Position numbers and translations under genes: made by a program. From NCBI GenBank assembly GCA_024763335.1, contig JANTFS010000001.1, positions 1 to 61,432 of the forward strand: 61,432 nucleotides of DNA. Direction: 5' to 3'. The notes under the pieces are model-generated. The model did not search any database, was not told the DNA's origin, and saw only the letters and a list, made by a program, of their open reading frames with translations. The stretch is from Paracoccaceae bacterium. GTDB taxonomy: Bacteria; Pseudomonadota; Alphaproteobacteria; Rhodobacterales; Rhodobacteraceae. How positions within the stretch are numbered: the stretch's first letter is position 1; every line of letters starts with the position of its first letter. Shown here piece after piece: positions 7,527 to 16,802 of the stretch.

Positions 7527-10500
7527 CTAGCAGGGTTTCTCAGGTTTAGGCCCGATCAGTTGCGCCGGGTCAACGGTGAACAGCGAGGCCCCAGAGGTGG
7601 CGGGCACGAATGCGCTCAATGATGCTGCCGGGATGAACGCGGACGGCGTAGCCTCGGTCCAGTCTAGATGAAGGCGGCCGGGCAGATCGTGGCCGCTTGC
7701 CGTGGCCGCGGGCGCGATGATGATCGCCACCCCGGTCTGCACCTTGCCCAGCGCATCGACGATGGCCGCCGGTGCGATGATGGCCCCGGTGCCTGCCTTG
7801 ATGATCTCGCCGAGCGCAGATGCGGCCGGGGCCGGCGCTGAGATCGAGACGCCAGCCTCTCGGGCGATCTTGCCGGAAGCCGTGATGGCGGCGGCCGGGG
7901 CGGCGGCCGTGATCGAGCCCAGTCGGGTGATGGTGCCGTCGGCCGATACCTGAGCCGCGGGCACATGCACCGCGATGAGACCGGCCTTCACCACCTCGCC
8001 CGATGCCGATGCCGTGGATGCCGGTGCTGAGAGGGAGACCTGCCCGGTCTTCACCACCTCACCGATACCGCCTGCCACCGCGGCCGGGGCGGTGACGATG
8101 GACCAGCCGACCTGCAGAGAGCCGCCGGTGCCCACGGCGAACGGGACGGGCGCTTCAACCGCGGCGGTGCCGGTGCGGCCTACCGCGCCGATGCCGCTGG
8201 TCTGTGCGGCCGGGGCAGTGACCAAGGAACTCCCGGTGTTCTCCACCTCTCCCACGGCGGCCGCTTGGCCTGCCGGGGCGTGCATGTCCCCGATCCCGGT
8301 GCGTTCGATGATGCCGACACCGGCCACGGTGCTTAGGGGGTGGTGGATGTGGCCGGTGCCGACACGCTCGACGATGCCCGCGCCAGAGGGGGTGGGTGTG
8401 GGCGCGGTGACACTCGCATCGCCGAGGTTCGTGATCTCGCCCGTTGACGAGACAAGGGGGGCGGCGGCCGAAACGGAGGCCGTGCCGGTTTTCTCGATCT
8501 CGCCGGCGGCCGACACATGGCCGGCCGGGGCCTGCGTGGAAGCGGTACCAACGCGGTGAACCTCACCCACGCCGTCGAGAAGATAGCTACCCGGGCCGGA
8601 CCCAGCCCCGGCGGCCGGGTGCTCTCGCTCAGCCGTGCCGGCGGTGGTAGCCGCGGGGGCGCTGGCCTCAACCGTGGCGTCACGAGCGATGGTGCCCGAG
8701 CCCGAGACAGAAGCCGCGGGAGCCAAGGAACTCCCGGTGCCGGTGTTCTCCACCTCACCAACCGCGGCGACGATGGGCTGAGGCGCGATGGCAGTACCGC
8801 CAGCCTGTTTGATGACCGAGCCGGTCAGAGACGCGGTGGGGGCGGGAGCAGAGATGGAGGTGGTGGCATCCCGGGCGATGATGCCGGCCCCGGCAACCCA
8901 ACCCGCCGGGGCCGACACGGCGGCCTGTCCTGTGTGCTGGACCTCGCCGGTGCCGGAGACCTGCATCGGTGGCGCTATGGCAGTGCCGATGCCGGCCTTC
9001 TCGACGTATCCATCAGCGTCCACGACACCGGAAGCCGCTTGCGCGAAGGCAACGCCCGTCTTCTCTACAACACCAGACGCAGAGACAGAAGCCCCGGGAG
9101 CAAGGGAACTCCCTACCCCCTCCTTGGTCACCTCACCCTGAACGGCGACCTCAGGGCCGGCGGCGACCGCGGCGATCTGCCCCACCTTCCCCACTTCGCC
9201 CACGCCTTGAGCGGCTGCAGGCGTGGAGATGATCGCGGCCGGGCCTACCCGGTGCACCTCACCGATGCCGAGCGTCTGCCCGGCGGGCGCGGCGGCGCTG
9301 ACCGCACCGACGTTCTCGACCTCACCGACCCCGTTGAGGATGGCTTGCGGCGCGCTGATAGACACAACGCCGGTTTTGACTACCGAACCACCCGCAGAAG
9401 CGACAACAGCCGGGGCCGCGGCGCTGGCCTGCCCGATCCGCTCAACATCGCCGATGCCGGCAACGGAGGGGGTGACAGAGGTGATTTCCAAGGTGCCGGT
9501 TTTCGCCACCTCACCGCTCGCAGAGCCTTGCGATGCAGGGGCTTGCACCCCGCCGGCCCCGATGCGCTCGACGATGCCCGCGGCGGCGGCTTGGCTAGGT
9601 GGCGCTGAGACCGAGGCTGAGCCGAGTTTAAGAATTTCGCCCGAGATTGAGGCCGTGGCAGAAGGGCTTACGGCCGATCCGGCCCCGGTGCGCTCGATCA
9701 GGCCATCTGCCGAGGCGGTGGCAGTCGGGCCGGCTGCGATGACAGAACCGACCCGACCGACGACACCCGCCCCGAGAACTTGGGAAACCGGGGCGATCAC
9801 GCTCCCCGCGGCGGTGTTCTCAACCTCGCCCTCGGCACTGACGACCGGGGCACGCGACGTGACGGTGCCAGCCCCTACACGACCGATGACCCCAGAACCA
9901 GCGGAAACTGCAGCCGGGGCCGTGATCGAGGCGGCGGCGGTGTTCTCAATCTCCCCCTCACCCGCGGAGACGGCCGGAGAAGCCGATACCGAGGCCGAGC
10001 CCACTCGACCTACCTGCCCGACCCCATCGGCCACAGGCGGCGCGGAGACGGCCGTGACGGCCCCGCTATGCTTGATCTCCCCGATACCCGAGGCGCTGGA
10101 AGCCGGTGCGAGGGCGATTACCGTCCCGCTATGCTCGATCTCTCCGATACCCGAGGCGGTGGGGGTCGGCGCGAGGGCGATTACCGTCCCGGTGTGGGCG
10201 ATTTCACCGATACCGGCGGCGCTGGGGGTCGGCGCTGAGATGGAGGCCGTGCCGATGGCCCCGCGATCACCTGAGGCCGCCATGGTCGGCGCAGAGGCCG
10301 TGACCGCGGCCGTGCCGGTGATTTCGGATGCGACAACCGTGCCGGTCGCTGACACCGTGGTCGCCGGGGCCTCAACGTTGGCGAAACCGACCTGATCCGG
10401 CCCCGCGCCCTCGCCGACCGTGATCTCGATGACCGTGTTGCACTTGTCGCGGGTGTAATCAACGTCGAGCGCATCGCCGCCGTTGTACGTTCCCGCGGAA

Positions 10501-12674
10501 ACGCCCGTCTCATAGGCCGACCGCATTGAGGCGTTTTTAGAGCCCGCGCCGCCTATCTGACCGGTGCTAGTGTGGGTAAAGGTGCCGTCGAGCGAGCCAC
10601 CCCAATTCCAAGAGTCCCACATCATCGTGGTGATGACGAGCGAGCCTGCCGAGGCGGTGATGTCCGGGGCCGGCATGTCAACGCCGCCGCTACCCGACCC
10701 GCCGGTGAAGCTGGCGGTGTCCTGCGTGACGTTGATCTGGTCCCAATCGTCACCGATGGCGATGATCTCGACGTTCACGTCATCGCCAGAGGTGGTGACC
10801 GTGTAGCTGCTCGGCTCGCTGTTCGCCGTGCGGCTGTAGACCGTGAGCTTGAAAAACCCGCTGTCGGCGCTCGCCTCTTGCGTCCAACCGCTCGGTGCGT
10901 TGTGCGTGTCGCCGTTCGACTGCGAACAGAGCATGATGAGCAGATCGCCGTTGCTCACCCCGGAGGGCACGTTGACGGTTTCAGAGCTGGACGATGAGCC
11001 GCCGTTCTCGGCCCCGACGTAGCTCGGGTTTATCCCGACGCCCGGGGCGAGGTCGAAGCCGGTGCCCGCGGTGACGCCAACCGGGGCCGTAACTGCTCCC
11101 GTACCGGTGTAGATGTTCCCGACCGTTCCAGATCCCGCGACCGTAGCCGCCGGTGCTGAGATCGAGCCAGTGCCAGTGACAGTGATCTCCCCGGTTCCCG
11201 CGGTGGTCGCGGCTGGCGCTGTCGCCGCGCCGGTGCCGGTGATCGTCTGCGGCCCGGTGGCCTCAAGGCTGGCGAGGTTGAGCACCTGAACGCCGAGGAA
11301 ATTCCGATTCGTGGACGCATAGACGCCCATGTCGGCCTGCGTGCTGCTCGCGGGCTCATTGACCTCGAAGGTCAGGTCGGCCCCGTCCGCAAGATCCATG
11401 AGCGCGGCTGCGGTGTAGTGCGCTTGGAAGGTGTCGATGCTCCCCTGTTGGCCCCGGGAGAACGCGCCGCCGATGCCGTACCCCAACGCCGCGCCGCCGT
11501 TGTTCCAGCGCGTCCACGGCATCTTCCGGGTGCCGCTCGATCCGCTGTCACGGTCCCAACGATGCCAGCCGATGGCGAGCACCGGCATGGAAGCGCCGCT
11601 GTCGTTCTGCACCGCGTTGTTGGCGGCGTCGAGGCTCAGGTCGCTGTTGCCGTCCGCGCGCAAAGTCGAAGAGAGCGGGGTCTCATACCACGCGCCGGAA
11701 GCCGCGAGGGCGGTCGTCAGACTGTCGGTCGCGCCGTTGTCAACATGTATCCACTCGGCAGAGGCCGGCAACTCGAGAACTTGGATGTAGGCGTCCGAGA
11801 CATTGGCCGCGGTGATCGCGCTCTCGGTCTCGGTGGTCGCCTGCAACCGCAGGGTTTCGGCCGACCCGCCGGTCTCATGCAGATACATCCCGTTCATCGG
11901 GGGGCCTTGCGAGGCCACGGTCCGCTGGTAGCCCGATCCGGTCTGGACGTTTACGCCGTCGATCTGCAGTCGGGCGACATGGCACATCCGAGCGTCGCTG
12001 GTCGAGTAGGCGGTGACCCCCCAGAGGATCATGTATTTCTTGTTCGCCGCGAGGGTGATGTCCCCGCCGGTGCCGGGGTAGAGCCCAGCGTCGTCTTTCA
12101 CCTCGCTGTTGAAGGTGATCGTGGACCACGTGCCCGAGCTGTCGAGCCACGGGCGGGTGGTATTGATCTGCGAGACCCCGATCTCGGCCGCGTCCACGGT
12201 GCGCTCGACGTGGGTCATATCCCCATCGGGCAAGCGCAGCATTTGGAAGCCGCCGCCCATGCCCGCGTTCGTGGCGTAGTTCCCGACCGCATCCGTGGGG
12301 ACCAGCGCGCCGGGGTTCCTGACCTTCACATCGTCCGACGCGGCGAGATCGAGGATCGCCATGCCGATGGACGCGCCGTGATTACCGCCGCTGTTCCGGA
12401 GGTAGCGATGGCTAGCCCGGAACCGCTCTTGCTGGGTGCCGTTGACCGCAGGCACGAGCGTGCCGACCGCCCGGGTGCTCGCAAGCTGGACCTGCCCGAT
12501 GTCGAAGATGGTGAGGTACTTGCCGGCGTCCGGGACCGTGACCTCTGGGCTCAACCAAGAAAAGCCGCCCTCGGAGAGAACGGCCGTGTCGTAGGTGATG
12601 TCCGCGGCGGTGAGGTTGACAGTCGAAGACCGCGCGGCATTGTGCCGTCGAACAAAGCGATCCCCGACTGCCAT
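7527..12674 (-). CDS. 1715-aa virion fibre/adhesin with ~21-aa Ala/Gly/Ser/Thr/Val repeats
   Basis: ATG 12674 after AGGGGG RBS; beta-rich N-terminal domains followed by dozens of G..A...APA....G.G repeats. Confidence 0.8.
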   Translation of the reverse strand: MAVGDRFVRRHNAARSSTVNLTAADITYDTAVLSEGGFSWLSPEVTVPDAGKYLTIFDIGQVQLASTRAVGTLVPAVNGTQQERFRASHRYLRNSGGNHGASIGMAILDLAASDDVKVRNPGALVPTDAVGNYATNAGMGGGFQMLRLPDGDMTHVERTVDAAEIGVSQINTTRPWLDSSGTWSTITFNSEVKDDAGLYPGTGGDITLAANKKYMILWGVTAYSTSDARMCHVARLQIDGVNVQTGSGYQRTVASQGPPMNGMYLHETGGSAETLRLQATTETESAITAANVSDAYIQVLELPASAEWIHVDNGATDSLTTALAASGAWYETPLSSTLRADGNSDLSLDAANNAVQNDSGASMPVLAIGWHRWDRDSGSSGTRKMPWTRWNNGGAALGYGIGGAFSRGQQGSIDTFQAHYTAAALMDLADGADLTFEVNEPASSTQADMGVYASTNRNFLGVQVLNLASLEATGPQTITGTGAATAPAATTAGTGEITVTGTGSISAPAATVAGSGTVGNIYTGTGAVTAPVGVTAGTGFDLAPGVGINPSYVGAENGGSSSSSETVNVPSGVSNGDLLIMLCSQSNGDTHNAPSGWTQEASADSGFFKLTVYSRTANSEPSSYTVTTSGDDVNVEIIAIGDDWDQINVTQDTASFTGGSGSGGVDMPAPDITASAGSLVITTMMWDSWNWGGSLDGTFTHTSTGQIGGAGSKNASMRSAYETGVSAGTYNGGDALDVDYTRDKCNTVIEITVGEGAGPDQVGFANVEAPATTVSATGTVVASEITGTAAVTASAPTMAASGDRGAIGTASISAPTPSAAGIGEIAHTGTVIALAPTPTASGIGEIEHSGTVIALAPASSASGIGEIKHSGAVTAVSAPPVADGVGQVGRVGSASVSASPAVSAGEGEIENTAAASITAPAAVSAGSGVIGRVGAGTVTSRAPVVSAEGEVENTAAGSVIAPVSQVLGAGVVGRVGSVIAAGPTATASADGLIERTGAGSAVSPSATASISGEILKLGSASVSAPPSQAAAAGIVERIGAGGVQAPASQGSASGEVAKTGTLEITSVTPSVAGIGDVERIGQASAAAPAVVASAGGSVVKTGVVSISAPQAILNGVGEVENVGAVSAAAPAGQTLGIGEVHRVGPAAIISTPAAAQGVGEVGKVGQIAAVAAGPEVAVQGEVTKEGVGSSLAPGASVSASGVVEKTGVAFAQAASGVVDADGYVEKAGIGTAIAPPMQVSGTGEVQHTGQAAVSAPAGWVAGAGIIARDATTSISAPAPTASLTGSVIKQAGGTAIAPQPIVAAVGEVENTGTGSSLAPAASVSGSGTIARDATVEASAPAATTAGTAEREHPAAGAGSGPGSYLLDGVGEVHRVGTASTQAPAGHVSAAGEIEKTGTASVSAAAPLVSSTGEITNLGDASVTAPTPTPSGAGIVERVGTGHIHHPLSTVAGVGIIERTGIGDMHAPAGQAAAVGEVENTGSSLVTAPAAQTSGIGAVGRTGTAAVEAPVPFAVGTGGSLQVGWSIVTAPAAVAGGIGEVVKTGQVSLSAPASTASASGEVVKAGLIAVHVPAAQVSADGTITRLGSITAAAPAAAITASGKIAREAGVSISAPAPAASALGEIIKAGTGAIIAPAAIVDALGKVQTGVAIIIAPAATASGHDLPGRLHLDWTEATPSAFIPAASLSAFVPATSGASLFTVDPAQLIGPKPEKPC

Positions 12675-12684
12675 GGTTTCCCCC

Positions 12685-13074
12685 TTACGAGGCCGGCTGC
12701 GTGTAGGTGAAGGACGAGACCGACACGGTGTCGCCCGCGCCGATGCCGACCGACGACAGGTTAAGGTCCGCGCCGGAGGTGCCCACGGTGCCTTGGAAGA
12801 CCGGGTTGCTGTCGCTGTCAAAGACGGTGAAGTCCGACGCCGTGCCGCCGGTCGCGTCAGTATCCGACGTGATCGCCGATGCCGTGGCGGTGCCGTTGGC
12901 GGCCGCGCCGAAGGCCGGGTCCGAGAAGGTCAGGGTGGCGACCTCGCTGGTGCCGGACACAGCGGACGGGGCCGATTTCAGCTCGATGGTGCCCGCGCTC
13001 GCGCCGGCGTCGATGAGATCGACAACGGCATCGGCGGCGGCGTTTCGAGCGGCGGTGCTGAGGGTGATGGACAT
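12685..13074 (-). CDS. Small virion structural protein (MSITLSTAARNAAADAVVD type)
   Basis: GGAG RBS; beta-rich, Ala/Thr/Ser-rich; directly precedes the large fibre gene. Confidence 0.7.
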   Translation of the reverse strand: MSITLSTAARNAAADAVVDLIDAGASAGTIELKSAPSAVSGTSEVATLTFSDPAFGAAANGTATASAITSDTDATGGTASDFTVFDSDSNPVFQGTVGTSGADLNLSSVGIGAGDTVSVSSFTYTQPAS

Positions 13075-13080
13075 GAGCGG

Positions 13081-13245
13081 TTACTCCTGCAGGGTGACGC
13101 CAAGCTCTTCGCGCTCGGCTGGGGTGAGCAGCGCAATCTGCGCCGGGTGGAGAGCCGCCGGGTCATTGACCTTGGGGCGACCGTTGCTGTCACGGACCAG
13201 CCCGTACAGCGTCATCTTCGGTTTGGGGAGCTTCACTTGTTGCAT
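13081..13245 (-). CDS. Hypothetical protein, 54 aa (MQQVKLPKPK...)
   Basis: Manual translation; GAGAGG RBS; below the ORF-track cutoff. Confidence 0.6.
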   Translation of the reverse strand: MQQVKLPKPKMTLYGLVRDSNGRPKVNDPAALHPAQIALLTPAEREELGVTLQE

Positions 13246-13282
13246 CGGGGTTCCTCTCTCGATTGCGCCGCGATCCTATGAC

Positions 13283-13807
13283 CTACGGCAATACCTTGGC
13301 AATCTGCCTCGTGGCCTCGGCCAGAACGGCCGGCTGAGCCTGCTTGAAGGTGGCCGCGGTGTCGTCTTTGACGATCTCTTTGGCGATGCTGGGGCCGTAC
13401 ATGCCCTCGATGGGATAGCGCGCCGCGCTGGTTCGATGGTAGGCCATGCCGTGCTGCATGAAGGCCCCGCTGAAGCGCCGGGAGACGTTCCACGGCTTGG
13501 CCCGCACCCCGTAGCTGAACTGCTTCGCCCCGAATTCACTGAGCGGAAGCTCCTTGCCGCGGCCCTCGATGATGTAGGTCAGGTCACCCCAGCTCGCCCG
13601 CTGCCCGGTGCGGACCCCGGCGTTGATCTTGCCGGCCTTGATGCCGGTCTGTGTACGCAGCGCCCGGCGCACCTTGGTGCGGGTCTTGTCGCCTTCACGG
13701 TTGAGCGCGCGGGAGAAGGCTTGGCGCGCGAGCCTGTCGCCTAACTTCGTGACCGCGGCCTCAAAGTAGACGCGGGTGTGGTTCAGCTCTTTGAAGATGA
13801 CCTGCAT
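13283..13807 (-). CDS. Lambda gpZ-like tail completion protein
   Basis: Basic; AFSRALNR...GAF....RTSAARYPI..MYGPSI motif. Confidence 0.75.
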   Translation of the reverse strand: MQVIFKELNHTRVYFEAAVTKLGDRLARQAFSRALNREGDKTRTKVRRALRTQTGIKAGKINAGVRTGQRASWGDLTYIIEGRGKELPLSEFGAKQFSYGVRAKPWNVSRRFSGAFMQHGMAYHRTSAARYPIEGMYGPSIAKEIVKDDTAATFKQAQPAVLAEATRQIAKVLP

Positions 13808-14030
13808 GGTGGCCCCGTGACCCGATGAACCGCCGATACCACTCCCGGCGGTATGTGGCAATGCTCCGCTTCGGGTGCTTGAGCTGCAGGCGAGACAGTC
13901 GCCGGTCCAGCGTGATGGCCGTTTCTTCGTCCCAGCCGGTCGTATCCATGACCAGTTTCACGAAGCGATCACGGGCCGCCGTCTCGGCGATCTGTGACCG
14001 CAGGGCCTCTTCATGGAAGAACTCGATCAC
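13761..14030 (-). CDS. Hypothetical protein
   Basis: GTGA-coupled to the upstream ORF; overlaps gpZ by 47 nt. Confidence 0.5.
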   Translation of the reverse strand: MIEFFHEEALRSQIAETAARDRFVKLVMDTTGWDEETAITLDRRLSRLQLKHPKRSIATYRREWYRRFIGSRGHHAGHLQRAEPHPRLL

Positions 14031-14227
14031 CCCCCGATCTCAGCCGGCTTGCACACCCCGAAGGCGTAGACGTGCATGCTCTCGGGCGGGGCGGTCTTGC
14101 GCAGGGTGTCGAGGGTGAGGGCAAGGGCGGCCTCGCAGACGTCCTTCGGCAGAACGGGGTCCGGGTAGACCGAATGGCACGTGGTCCAGTCCCCGAGGAT
14201 GCAGAACATGATGAAGGCTTGGAACAT
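14027..14227 (-). CDS. Small Cys-containing hydrophobic protein
   Basis: TGATG coupling; GAGGG RBS. Confidence 0.6.
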   Translation of the reverse strand: MFQAFIMFCILGDWTTCHSVYPDPVLPKDVCEAALALTLDTLRKTAPPESMHVYAFGVCKPAEIGG

Positions 14228-14331
14228 CAGGAACCCTCGTCTTGCCGCTTGATCTCATCGACCCAGCCCCGGATGAAGTAGCCGGCCCAGAAGCAGGTGA
14301 AGGCCGACAGATATGGAAGAACCCACCACAT
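14227..14331 (-). CDS. 34-aa membrane peptide (MWWVLPYLSAF...)
   Basis: Manual translation; stop overlaps the next ATG. Confidence 0.4.
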   Translation of the reverse strand: MWWVLPYLSAFTCFWAGYFIRGWVDEIKRQDEGS

Positions 14332-14368
14332 GGGCGGGTTCTACACCTTGGATCGCGCTGCGGTCCAG

Positions 14369-14824
14369 TCAGAAGGAGATCTCTTCGTCCAGATCGCCCG
14401 GCGACGGGTAACTGTCTCCCGGCCCGGGCGGCAACTCACCGCGCTGTTGATCCTGAGACGCCGTGCGACCCGAGCCCTCCGGCCAGTCGATGATCTGGAT
14501 CGCCGAGTTGAAGCCCTGCAGGACGATCTCGGTAGACCAGCGATCATTCCCGCTCTGGTCCTGCCACTTCCGGGTGCGGAGCGTGCCTTGGATGAACACC
14601 CGGGCACCTTTGCGCAGGAAGCGCTCCACGGTATCGACGAGGTTGCCGTAGACGGTGATGCTGTGCCACTCGGTCTTCTCGCGCTGCTCTCCGGTGTTCC
14701 GGTCCTTCCATCGGTCGCTGGTCGCGAGGCTCAGGTTCGCCACCCGGTCACCGCTCTGCATGGTGCGGATGTCCGGGTCTCGCCCGAGCCGCCCGATGAT
14801 CTGTGCTTGGTTTAGGTCGCCCAT
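14369..14824 (-). CDS. ssb: Single-stranded DNA-binding protein
   Basis: LNQAQIIGRLGRDPD, EKTEWH, LRTRKWQDQSG; acidic tail DEEISF. Confidence 0.97.
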   Translation of the reverse strand: MGDLNQAQIIGRLGRDPDIRTMQSGDRVANLSLATSDRWKDRNTGEQREKTEWHSITVYGNLVDTVERFLRKGARVFIQGTLRTRKWQDQSGNDRWSTEIVLQGFNSAIQIIDWPEGSGRTASQDQQRGELPPGPGDSYPSPGDLDEEISF

Positions 14825-14834
14825 CTGGTCTCTC

Positions 14835-15059
14835 CTATGTGCCGTGGGTGATGTTGCCGAAGAGGTCTCCGGTCATGGGTGCGCTGATCTGGTCGGGCTC
14901 CTTGGCCGGCGGCTTCACCTTTGGGCCGGTCAAGGCGGCCACTCGCCGAGCCGCCGCTTCCCGCGCGCAAACCCCGATGCCCACCTCCCGGATGTGGGCG
15001 ATCAGGGCGTGCACGTCGTCGCCAAACTGCCGACCGCAGTAGCAGTTCCACTTGCTCAT
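14835..15059 (-). CDS. Small C2H2-like hypothetical protein
   Basis: CYCGRQF...LIAHIRE; ATGA coupling. Confidence 0.55.
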   Translation of the reverse strand: MSKWNCYCGRQFGDDVHALIAHIREVGIGVCAREAAARRVAALTGPKVKPPAKEPDQISAPMTGDLFGNITHGT

Positions 15060-15412
15060 GCCGGCCACACCGGGATGCCGTCGAAGGCGTGGCGGAGGGT
15101 TTCGTTAATCTTGCCCTGCCGAGCGTAGCCGTCATGGCTCCTCACGTTGACCACCATCATGGTGTCGGTCAGGATGCCGGCTTTGCAGAGAGCGTCGAAG
15201 ATCCCCTCGTTCTCACTGTAGTCCTTGATGAAGACGCAGCCCTCATCCGGGGTGAGGTGCTGGCCCACCAGACACACGGTGGCCTTCATCGCGGGAAGGC
15301 CCCCCGCGTCGATCAGAATGATGGCCGGGCTCTGGTCCACCCGGTAGCGCCCGAGCTGCAGGGTGTAGGTTCCGCGGGGCAGGTTCTTGGCCTGCAGGGT
15401 CGCTTGGATCAT
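15056..15412 (-). CDS. DUF4313-like protein
   Basis: ATVCL...VFIKDYSENEG...L..AG motif; ATGA coupling. Confidence 0.6.
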   Translation of the reverse strand: MIQATLQAKNLPRGTYTLQLGRYRVDQSPAIILIDAGGLPAMKATVCLVGQHLTPDEGCVFIKDYSENEGIFDALCKAGILTDTMMVVNVRSHDGYARQGKINETLRHAFDGIPVWPA

Positions 15413-15678
15413 GTGATCTTCTCCACTGAAATGTCGTCGATCTCGGAGATGCTGTCCTCCGGGCTCCCCATGTAGGCGGTCAGGGGATAGACGCAGGACA
15501 TGCGCAGCTTGGCCCGGTAGGACAGGCTGGCGATGACCTCGCGGTAGGCCAGATCGCGGCGGCGCTGCAGCTCTCCTTGGAAGGCCACCTCCATCTGGCG
15601 TTTGCGGTAAGCATTCTTGTCCTCTTCGGACATGCTCATCCACTCCTGCAGGGCGGCGGGGGTTGCGTTGGGGTCCAT
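15409..15678 (-). CDS. Hypothetical protein
   Basis: GGAG RBS; operon packing. Confidence 0.65.
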   Translation of the reverse strand: MDPNATPAALQEWMSMSEEDKNAYRKRQMEVAFQGELQRRRDLAYREVIASLSYRAKLRMSCVYPLTAYMGSPEDSISEIDDISVEKIT

Positions 15679-15687
15679 GTGGGTCTC

Positions 15688-16662
15688 CTAGTGCTCGATG
15701 AAGGCGATGGGGTGGTCGGTCTGCCAGCATACCGCGCACGTGCCGCAGTGCGTCCCGCGCTCCGGCCGATCTATCGCGTGTAGCTGCTCCGGGCAGACCA
15801 CGGCATCGCCGATCTTCTTGCGGTCTGTCGGGAAGGGGATGGTGAAAGCGCCCATGCGGCCGCTGACACCGGAATATCTGATCTGAAACCGCCGGCCGAA
15901 CCGCGCGCGCACGCGCTCGATGGCCTGCCCGATGGGGCTCTCCCGGCCCCAAGCGGTGAAGCCGAAGACGGTCAGGTTCTCATGGGCGGTGAGCATGGCG
16001 AACCACGTGCCGACATACTTGACGCTGTAGAAATCGCCGAGGATGTGGAGCCGAACGAGAACGTGCTCATAGGTGTCACAGGCGTGGGCGAGATCGTCTT
16101 TGATCGCGCGCTCGAGCTGAGCACCGGCCCGCCACCGCGTTGAGTGCGGCATGGCGTTCCCGTAGCAAGCCCCCCAGATCGCGCACGCCCGCGGGCAGGT
16201 CGCCCGCTCTTCAAGGGTCAGGGTCAGGATGGTTGCGCCCTTGAGGTCACCGACGAGCACGCCACCCCCGATCTTCACGTTGTTCGCCCCGTCCTTGAGA
16301 ACCGGCTCCGTGAACCGCTCCGGCACCGCGCGCACCTTGTCCGGGAACATGGTGCGTCCGGCCGCCTGCAGGCCCGGAGGGGCGATGACCCGGGTCTGCC
16401 CGGTAGGGACAGGGGTCTCGATGAACCGGCGTCTGTCGCGCACCTCCGCACGCCTCTTGGCCGCGGCCTTCTCCCGCTTGTGCCGGGCCTTGTCGCTACC
16501 CCCCTTCTTGTAGACCTTGGACAGCCCGAGCTGGCGCTTGTCGCTGGTGACCGTGCCCACGCTGCAGTTGAGAGCCCGGGCGATGGCGTCGTTGGTGCAC
16601 CCCTCTGCGACCATCTCCACCACCCGGGCTCGTCGGGTGCGCTGCCGTTCCGTTCGGTTCAT
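15688..16662 (-). CDS. HTH fused to a GP88-like Cys-cluster (radical-SAM-related) domain
   Basis: N-terminal HTH NDAIARALNCSVGTV; TCPRAC..WGACYG, VRLHILGDF, CPEQ..HCGTCAVCW. Confidence 0.75.
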   Translation of the reverse strand: MNRTERQRTRRARVVEMVAEGCTNDAIARALNCSVGTVTSDKRQLGLSKVYKKGGSDKARHKREKAAAKRRAEVRDRRRFIETPVPTGQTRVIAPPGLQAAGRTMFPDKVRAVPERFTEPVLKDGANNVKIGGGVLVGDLKGATILTLTLEERATCPRACAIWGACYGNAMPHSTRWRAGAQLERAIKDDLAHACDTYEHVLVRLHILGDFYSVKYVGTWFAMLTAHENLTVFGFTAWGRESPIGQAIERVRARFGRRFQIRYSGVSGRMGAFTIPFPTDRKKIGDAVVCPEQLHAIDRPERGTHCGTCAVCWQTDHPIAFIEH

Positions 16663-16802
16663 ACCACGGCCTTCGCGCGCACGTGCGGGCCGACGGCCAC
16701 CTTGATCTTGTCGATGATCTGGCGCTTCTGACGCCGGATGAACAGGATGTTCAGTGCCGCGAGCTGCATTTTGCTCAACGGCCGATCTGGTTCATGAAGC
16801 AT
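16659..16802 (-). CDS. 47-aa basic protein (MLHEPDRPL...)
   Basis: Manual translation; stop overlaps the next ATG. Confidence 0.45.
   Translation of the reverse strand: MLHEPDRPLSKMQLAALNILFIRRQKRQIIDKIKVAVGPHVRAKAVV

Noticed and set aside
7527-11250. CRISPR array or other non-coding repeat
   Set aside because: The repeats are degenerate, in-frame protein repeats without unique spacers; no cas genes are present
12675-12821. N-terminal extension of the large repeat protein in the ORF track
   Set aside because: It overlaps the 129-aa gene out of frame; the RBS supports ATG 12674
15413-15952. Upstream part of the 298-aa ORF 15056-15952
   Set aside because: It overlaps two better genes; the real start is ATG 15412 with ATGA coupling
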